Source of the DNA: Tubiluchus corallicola | Lineage: Eukaryota; Animalia; Priapulida | NCBI GenBank assembly: GCA_030141605.1 | Contig: JAQGDQ010001749.1 | Span: 1-26,899, forward strand | DNA: 26,899 bases | Reading direction: 5' to 3' | Program-made: the position numbers and the translations under genes | Shown: piece after piece, positions 23,001-26,899 of the stretch | How positions within the stretch are numbered: the first letter of the stretch is position 1 | Layout of the letters: every line of letters starts with the position of its first letter | Notes under the pieces: model-generated | The model's input: the letters and a program-made list of their open reading frames with translations, nothing else | What the model was told of the DNA's origin: nothing | The model's database searches: none

Positions 23001-26000
23001 CTGAACATGGATGTGGCGGGACCATAACTGGGCAACTTGCTTATGTCTACATAGTTGTGCACTCTGCAAGACGGAATCTGGTACTCAGTGATGGAGTGTA
23101 CTTACTGAACATGGATGTGGCGGGACCAGTACTAGGCAAATTGCTTATGTCTAAATAGTTGTGCACTCTGCAAGACGCAATTTGGTACTCAGTGATGGAG
23201 TGTACTTACTGAACATGGATGTGGCGGGACCAGTACTGGGCAACTTGCTTATGTCTACATAGTTGTGCACTCTGCAAGACGCAATTTGGTACTCAGTGAT
23301 GGAGTGTACTTACTGAACATGGATGTGGCAGGACCAGTACTAGGCAAATTGCTTATGTCTTCATAGTTGTGCACTCTGCAAGACGGAATTTGGTACTCAG
23401 TGATGGAGTGTACTTACTGAACATGGATGTGGCGGGACCAGTACTGGGCAACTTGCTTATGTCTACATAGTTGTGCACTCTGCAAGACGGAATTTGGTTC
23501 TCAGTGATGGAGTGTACTTACTGAACATGGATGTGGCAGGACCAGTACTAGGCAAATTGCTTATGTCTAAATAGTTGTGCACTCTGAAAGACGGAATCTG
23601 GTACTCAGTGATGGAGTGTACTTACTGAACATGGATGTGGCGGGACCACAACTGGGCTCGTTTTCAAAAGTAATTCTTTAAGACACAAAACTGACAGGAA
23701 TACATCCTCCCTCAACAAGAGAAATAGCTGCAGGCTACACAGCAAATTCAACCGCTTAGCAACAGTCTTCCTGCGGGCACCTATTCATTAACTAATTAGA
23801 GCCAAAGTTGTTTAACTTTGCAGTCATTGCTATTTAGCAATTCCCCTAACCTCAAAAGTTTGCTAATTTAAATAACCAAGAAATTAGTAACGCAATTCTA
23901 ACACTCATAATCTTCCAGATTTGTGACTGTAGTAACAATAACCAAAGCAAATAGCAGCTCTCAACTGTGAAGTATGTATGTACACACTGGACAATTTATA
24001 ATGATCTTTATAAAATGCCAAGGCTACTGCAAAATAAGTGAAATACTCTTATTGTCAAGTGTATGGACAGCAGTCTTGGGTAGAGCAATCACAACTGGAA
24101 CCAGCTAGAAATGTTCAACATGTTATCAGGCCCGGTCAAGTCTACACCTATAAAGCAACTATAGCAGAGGTGTGCAAATGATTTGACTAGCCGGGCCACA
24201 TTAAACGCAATTAATGCGGGCCACAGGCAGTTTGGTCAAGGAGCCAAGTATAGAAAGGCCTAATAACGATGTTTTTGCATCCGACCTGCGTACATCATTA
24301 CTACTACACTCAAGAAACTATTTTAGAAGTTATTAAAATTTATATTACAAACCATATATTTCTACTTTCGGGACAGACAGTGGTAATTTCATTACAATGC
24401 ATATTAGTAATGTGTATCACACAGTCTGTGTACTATAGTGACATTACGCTACAACCGTCTTGTAAGGGTTAATGGCATCCGATCCAGTAGAAAAAACTAC
24501 GCGCACCATCTTTGGGATCGTGGCACGGACTTCAGCTGGATACACTCAATTAATCACCTGGGCCTCAAGTGACACGCGAGCCACAATTTGCACACCCCTG
24601 ATCTATAGGCAGACCTATGGCACCCGGAGATGGTCAGAAAACAATGCATTCCAACCATTTCTTGATCTACATTCTATGATACCTTTTGCTTTCTATGATG
24701 TCCAAATGATGTTTTATGCCATGTAAATGGAAAGAAACACTTCAATTTGTCTCACCGCAAATATCTGGTGATATGTTACAAGGCAAGCCTCGTGAGTCGC
24801 TTATCGACCACTAAATGTTTTTATTTACAACTGGGGTAATTAATAAAACATACCTTCACAGATTTGATGATATTCTTGGCACATGTATAATCAGGCGGAA
24901 GCAAGTCGGCCAGACTACAGGAATCCACCATTGCTGTCTTCTCAGCATCGTCGGGAATCAACTGCCGCAAGAATATGCTGCTGCGACGCTTTCTCGCTCG
25001 GCTCGGTGTCGACTTGTGTGACAGGGCAGCATCTTCACCTTCCTCGTTACTATAACGAAAAAAAATGCATTTCAAAAAGAAAAAGTGTAGCAAAATGATA
25101 TGCATTCTCAGCCACATTACACATTGCCAGCAATAATACATTCATACTTTAATAATGTATTATATAATACTATAATAATTTAATGAGTTTTAAACACGAC
25201 ATTATTTATATCATATTATATTATGCTATAGCAAAGTTGTAGTTTCTATCAAAGCAGACCTCCCTCCAGTGGGCATGTTGATGATGATGATGATGATGAC
25301 GATGACAAAGATGTCAGAGTTTCTTGCTAATTCGCTGTTTAATATTCTGTAAATTCTGTTATTTCCTTTATTTGCATAGTCTTCCTTCCTACCTTCATTC
25401 ATTCATTCATTCTTTCATTTATTTGTTCGCTCGTTCGTTGTGCGTTCCTTCAGACTTTCACCTATTCATTCATTCGTTTATTCATTTGTATTATATTTAA
25501 TAATAACAATGTATTATATATTAATTAATAATACTTTATTATTATTCATACAATAATAATTCATTCATACTGTTTAACAATGTTTTATGCTAACCACCAC
25601 ATACATTATCATATGTCAATCTTTCTCCTGGGATTAACCCTAAGCACTTTAGACTGCAGTATAGATGCATATCAGTAACTGTTAGTAATACGTTATACAT
25701 TTCATTTTGAGAATGTTGAAAACTGCACGTAACTTTTACTATTTTCTTTCTTCCAATGTTTCTTCCATCAACCACGAACAGAAATCTCTATTGTGGAGTC
25801 AACTGCAGAACTCTCATTATGACAAACATTTTTAATTAATGTATTTTGAGCCTGTTTGCTGCACTGTTGAAATACAGCCCTACAAAAAACTGTTTTTTTA
25901 CCGGGGTCCTTCTCGTCCTTTGCATGTCCAATAATTAGGGTATCACAAATTTCATTATTTCCAGCAATATTCTTAATTATTTCTAATTACATGTAGCAGG

Positions 26001-26245
26001 TTAATTCTGTTCTTATTATCATTTTATTATGATCACCTTTGTTCTGAACTAGCATCAATACCATTCTGATACGTATGTTGCATGATAACACCGCTGCTAG
26101 CGCCCTCTTCCGACTCCGTGGAACTGTGCTGCTTACTCCGGGCTTTGGACGGCCATGACTCTTCGATGCGCAGCTGTATTCCAGCCAAGGCCACGGCCTC
26201 GTCCTTCGTACATGGAAGCTCCCCACTGACCACTAGTTCCTGAAG
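147..26245 (-). CDS. PLCE1: Partial multi-exon gene: FERM-domain-containing phospholipase C epsilon-like protein (FERM F2-F3 / CDC25 RasGEF / PH / EF-hand); 18 exons in window, open at both ends
   Basis: Join of 26037-26245, 24854-25049, 21253-21399, 18868-18998, 16662-16819, 15558-15811, 14091-14236, 13176-13323, 9956-10057, 9081-9265, 7837-7978, 7548-7623, 6614-6742, 5048-5260, 4409-4569, 1671-1829, 856-1061, 147-397. All introns are GT-AG, phases match, 3013 nt with no stop. Motifs [27 protein letters not shown] and [22 protein letters not shown] closely resemble PLC-epsilon as I recall it. Confidence 0.9.
856..1061 (-). CDS. PLCE1: Exon 17: Ser/Lys-rich insert in EF-hand region
   Basis: tttttag|GACGGG ... 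GACAG|gttagt; open frame, phases 0 and 2 bridge exons 16 and 18. Confidence 0.8.
1263..1577. mobile_element. Tc1/mariner (pogo/Tigger-like) MITE with internal 87-bp tandem repeats
   Basis: 12-bp TIR CAGTAAATCCTC ... GAGGATTTACTG, followed by TA on the right (left flank is AA); left-end sequence recurs at 1315, 1402 and 1489. Confidence 0.7.
1671..1829 (-). CDS. PLCE1: Exon 16: EF-hand region and Ser-rich insert
   Basis: tttacag|ATGTTT ... TTAAAG|gttgat; [14 protein letters not shown].. Confidence 0.88.
2195..4310. repeat. Minisatellite, 50-bp unit, about 42 copies
   Basis: Unit ATCAGGTACATCTACAAAATACAGGTGGACAAAATTATAAAACGGAACAT. Confidence 0.97.
4409..4569 (-). CDS. PLCE1: Exon 15: PH end and EF-hand start
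   Basis: tctatag|GTGCAT ... ATCAAG|gtctgt; [38 protein letters not shown]. Confidence 0.93.
5048..5260 (-). CDS. PLCE1: Exon 14: PH domain
   Basis: ttacag|GTGGGG ... CACG|gtaagc; [36 protein letters not shown]. Confidence 0.92.
5755..6602. repeat. Minisatellite, 50-bp unit, about 17 copies
   Basis: Unit AATCTAAAACATGATTACAATGAACTACAAACAAACTACAATGAAAGAGC; ends about 10 bp from the exon 13 donor. Confidence 0.97.
6614..6742 (-). CDS. PLCE1: Exon 13: PH domain
   Basis: catatag|GTAATG ... TCAG|gtatgc; [43 protein letters not shown]. Confidence 0.9.
7548..7623 (-). CDS. PLCE1: Exon 12: start of PH domain
   Basis: tttatag|TGTTTA ... AGAG|gtatga; [25 protein letters not shown]. Confidence 0.9.
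7837..7978 (-). CDS. PLCE1: Exon 11: acidic linker between GEF and PH regions
   Basis: ctttag|CTCCAG ... TTGCAG|gtgaaa; [47 protein letters not shown]; phases 2 and 0 match its neighbours. Confidence 0.88.
8264..8818. mobile_element. TTAA-flanked non-autonomous DNA transposon (Kolobok-like MITE), copy 1
   Basis: Imperfect TIRs TTAAAGGAAGACCGGACGATT ... AATCATCCGGTTTTCCTTAA; second, inverted copy at 16049-16440. Confidence 0.8.
9081..9265 (-). CDS. PLCE1: Exon 10: end of RasGEF
   Basis: tttcag|TTTGTG ... AAATT|gtaaga; [26 protein letters not shown]. Confidence 0.92.
9328..9392. repeat. (CA)n / (CACG)n microsatellite
   Basis: cacacgtgcacgcacacacacgcgcgcacacacacacac... Confidence 0.9.
9699..9803. 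repeat. 35-bp tandem repeat, 3 copies
   Basis: CTCCTTGAAATGTGAACAAAAGACTTTCCCATATT at 9699, 9734 and 9769. Confidence 0.9.
9956..10057 (-). CDS. PLCE1: Exon 9: RasGEF signature motif
   Basis: tttccag|GTGGTT ... GTAGAG|gtaaca; [34 protein letters not shown] (CDC25 'VPF.G.FL.DL'). Confidence 0.93.
10637..10758. repeat. About 61-bp tandem duplication
   Basis: TTCTTA(T/C)CAGT..TATCAGATTTGCCATTTTT(A/G)GTCTCAGTGTCATTATAAAATAAT occurs twice. Confidence 0.85.
11047..13145 (-). mobile_element. 5'-truncated non-LTR retrotransposon (RTE-like LINE) 3' end, internally expanded
   Basis: Minus-strand translation [53 protein letters not shown]..stop follows the post-RT C-terminal pattern R.RW.GHV.R / G.RPRG / A.DR; short TGAAGATGA tail. 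Confidence 0.8.
11208..13053. repeat. Minisatellite, 97-bp unit, about 19 copies, derived from LINE coding sequence
   Basis: Unit CCAGCTGTCCTCCTCTTGGTTTCCTCCCAGGTATTAGTGCTTGATGTAATGCTGTAGAAAGTGGAGAATCTTATGGTAATCTGATGACATGTCCAAT (e.g. starts at 12081 and 12178). Confidence 0.97.
13176..13323 (-). CDS. PLCE1: Exon 8: RasGEF (has a duplicated acceptor 56 nt upstream)
   Basis: ccttag|GTCAGAG ... TGCAAG|gtttgt; [26 protein letters not shown]. Confidence 0.9.
13303..13423. repeat. 56-bp tandem duplication spanning the exon 8 splice acceptor
   Basis: 13303-13358 and 13359-13414 differ at 2 positions; 9-bp AATGGCTTC recurs at 13415. Confidence 0.95.
14091..14236 (-). CDS. PLCE1: Exon 7: RasGEF
   Basis: ttgcag|GTGAGC ... 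TTAAA|gtaagt; [33 protein letters not shown]. Confidence 0.95.
14678..15151. mobile_element. Tc1/mariner (pogo/Tigger-like) MITE, 474 bp
   Basis: TA|CAGTCAACCTGGGTATAAGG ... CCTTATATCCGAGGTTGACTG|TA; many subterminal TATAAGGG/TATAAGAG motifs. Confidence 0.85.
15558..15811 (-). CDS. PLCE1: Exon 6: start of CDC25/RasGEF domain
   Basis: ttttctag|AAATC ... GAG|gtacgt; [32 protein letters not shown] is a CDC25 N-terminal motif. Confidence 0.92.
16049..16440. mobile_element. Kolobok-like MITE copy 2, inverted relative to 8264-8818, internally deleted and truncated at one end
   Basis: 16049-16089 matches the reverse complement of about 8779-8818; 16095-16440 matches the reverse complement of about 8279-8627; about 150 bp of copy 1 is missing. 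Confidence 0.85.
16662..16819 (-). CDS. PLCE1: Exon 5: end of FERM F3 and linker
   Basis: ctttcag|CTTAGTG ... CAGG|gtacgt; [52 protein letters not shown]. Confidence 0.82.
17354..17683. mobile_element. Degenerate hAT-like MITE
   Basis: CAGGGGCTAGC ... GCTACGCCACTG termini with subterminal G and C runs; flanks TTACAAAT / TTCCAAAC resemble an 8-bp TSD (6 of 8 match). Confidence 0.6.
17932..18157. repeat. Minisatellite, alternating 23/26-bp-type units, about 9 copies
   Basis: AGACTGACAA(T/A)GAAGCCACA(T/CCA)CACC. Confidence 0.93.
18868..18998 (-). CDS. PLCE1: Exon 4: FERM F3 (PTB-like) subdomain; missing from the ORF track
   Basis: tttttctag|GTATCT ... GACGG|gtaact; [44 protein letters not shown] resembles talin VPRLLGI..VDEKT..W. 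Confidence 0.85.
19415..20100. repeat. Two compound (ATG/ATA/ACG)n microsatellites, each followed by the same 90-bp unique tail
   Basis: Triplet runs at 19415-19691 and about 19820-20010; tail TCAGTTTTCCACAAACTAC...GAAAAGTTGGCTT at 19692-19781 and 20011-20100. Confidence 0.95.
21253..21399 (-). CDS. PLCE1: Exon 3: FERM F2/F3 junction
   Basis: ttcctag|GAACAC ... AAAAAG|gtaaga; [49 protein letters not shown]. Confidence 0.85.
21952..22163. repeat. Compound tetranucleotide microsatellite (CAGT)n(CAAC)n(CAAT)n
   Basis: Read directly from the sequence. Confidence 0.95.
22518..23657. repeat. Minisatellite, 104-bp unit, 11 copies, with A/B alternation
   Basis: ATAGTTGTGCACTCTG recurs at 22531, 22635, 22739 ... 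23571. Confidence 0.97.
24854..25049 (-). CDS. PLCE1: Exon 2: insert with basic cluster, then FERM F2 resumes
   Basis: ttatag|TAAC ... GTGAAG|gtatgt; [36 protein letters not shown]. Confidence 0.8.
25279..25490. repeat. (GAT)n and degenerate (TTCA)n simple repeats
   Basis: tgatgatgatg... at about 25279-25306; ttcattcattca... at about 25395-25487. Confidence 0.75.
26037..26245 (-). CDS. PLCE1: Exon 1 in window: start of FERM F2 (central) subdomain, then a low-complexity insert
   Basis: ttgcag|CTTCAG ... CAAAG|gtgatc (weak donor, phase 2 matches next exon). [29 protein letters not shown] fits the FERM-central helix motif. Confidence 0.75.
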
Positions 26246-26713
26246 CTGCAAATTAATGTAATTTCGACTGATTAATTTTTAATATGAGTATCATGGGAAA
26301 TCGTTAAAAGCTATAAGTGCTCTTGCTAACTTATCATCAGCTATGCCATCAGCTATGTCAATGCCATTTCTTAAGGTGCTTAAATGTAGGTTCAGCAATT
26401 TCAGGGGTAACAAAGCCTTGGAAATTCTTAAAGCTAAAGTTGCAGGATTAAGAACAGCTAAAAGATCACAATATTTAACATGTGACATGCTGATGAAAAT
26501 CACGACATTTATAACTATATGAAACAACTGCAAAAAATTTACAGTGGCAAACATACATGTCAAATGTAGTTAGATACAGTAAACGTATGTTACAGTACAG
26601 ATAGGTTACAGCACAGATAAGTGAAACTACCACTTTATATAGTGGCAAGATGATGAGTCTGCAACATTTCCCACTTGACATAATGCAAAAGGTTTCCTTA
26701 GACCTAATCCTTA

Positions 26714-26860
26714 GGCCAGACGATTTAGTCTAGTTGTAACGCGTCCGCTTCCCGTCCGGGAGGTCATGAGTTCGATACAGCAACCAGATAATACCAATGA
26801 CTTTAAAAATGGTACCCGCTGTTACCATGCCTGGTGCATGGTATTAAGGGTAAACGTGGG
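26714..26860 (+). mobile_element. tRNA-derived SINE (degenerate)
   Basis: A-box-like TAGTCTAGTTG (26726) and B-box-like GAGTTCGATAC (26768), then ATACCAATGACTTTAAAAATGGTACC..GCCTGGTGC..ATTAAGGG, which resembles a central domain I recall from invertebrate SINEs. Confidence 0.65.
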
Positions 26861-26899
26861 GTAATAATAGTCTCTGTTATGTAGTTGTAGATTGTTATT

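Noticed and set aside
24163-24726. hAT-like fragment (CAGAGGTGTGCAAA..GGGCCACA) and plus-strand ORFs 24269-24726
   Set aside because: No matching second terminus and no protein motif I can support.
16662-26245. Calling the FERM exons a separate talin, kindlin or FRMD8 gene
   Set aside because: No talin rod or kindlin PH sequence follows, and exon 5 ends in a good phase-1 donor that matches the RasGEF exon acceptor 850 bp away. A read-through stop at 16624 means a FERM-only isoform cannot be excluded.
26714-26790. Possible tRNA gene
   Set aside because: A and B boxes are degenerate, I could not form an acceptor stem, and the sequence runs on into a SINE-like body.

Overview
AT-rich, intron-rich eukaryotic DNA, most likely from an invertebrate animal. 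The whole window lies inside one minus-strand gene. I assembled 18 internal GT-AG exons by hand (26245 down to 147; 3013 nt, about 1004 codons). Every junction is phase-compatible and the chain has no stop codon. The downstream 13 exons encode the CDC25/RasGEF, PH and EF-hand regions of phospholipase C epsilon (PLCE1-like). The catalytic X/Y, C2 and RA domains and the start codon must lie outside the window. The five upstream exons encode a talin-type FERM F2-F3 module spliced in frame to the RasGEF domain, an architecture I do not know from vertebrate PLC-epsilon and the main finding here. The introns hold minisatellites (two 50-bp arrays, a 97-bp array born inside a LINE 3' end, a 104-bp array with 208-bp higher-order structure), several MITEs and a tRNA-derived SINE. 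An inverted MITE pair brackets the RasGEF exons, and one splice acceptor is tandemly duplicated. Protein family assignments rest on remembered sequences, not on database searches.
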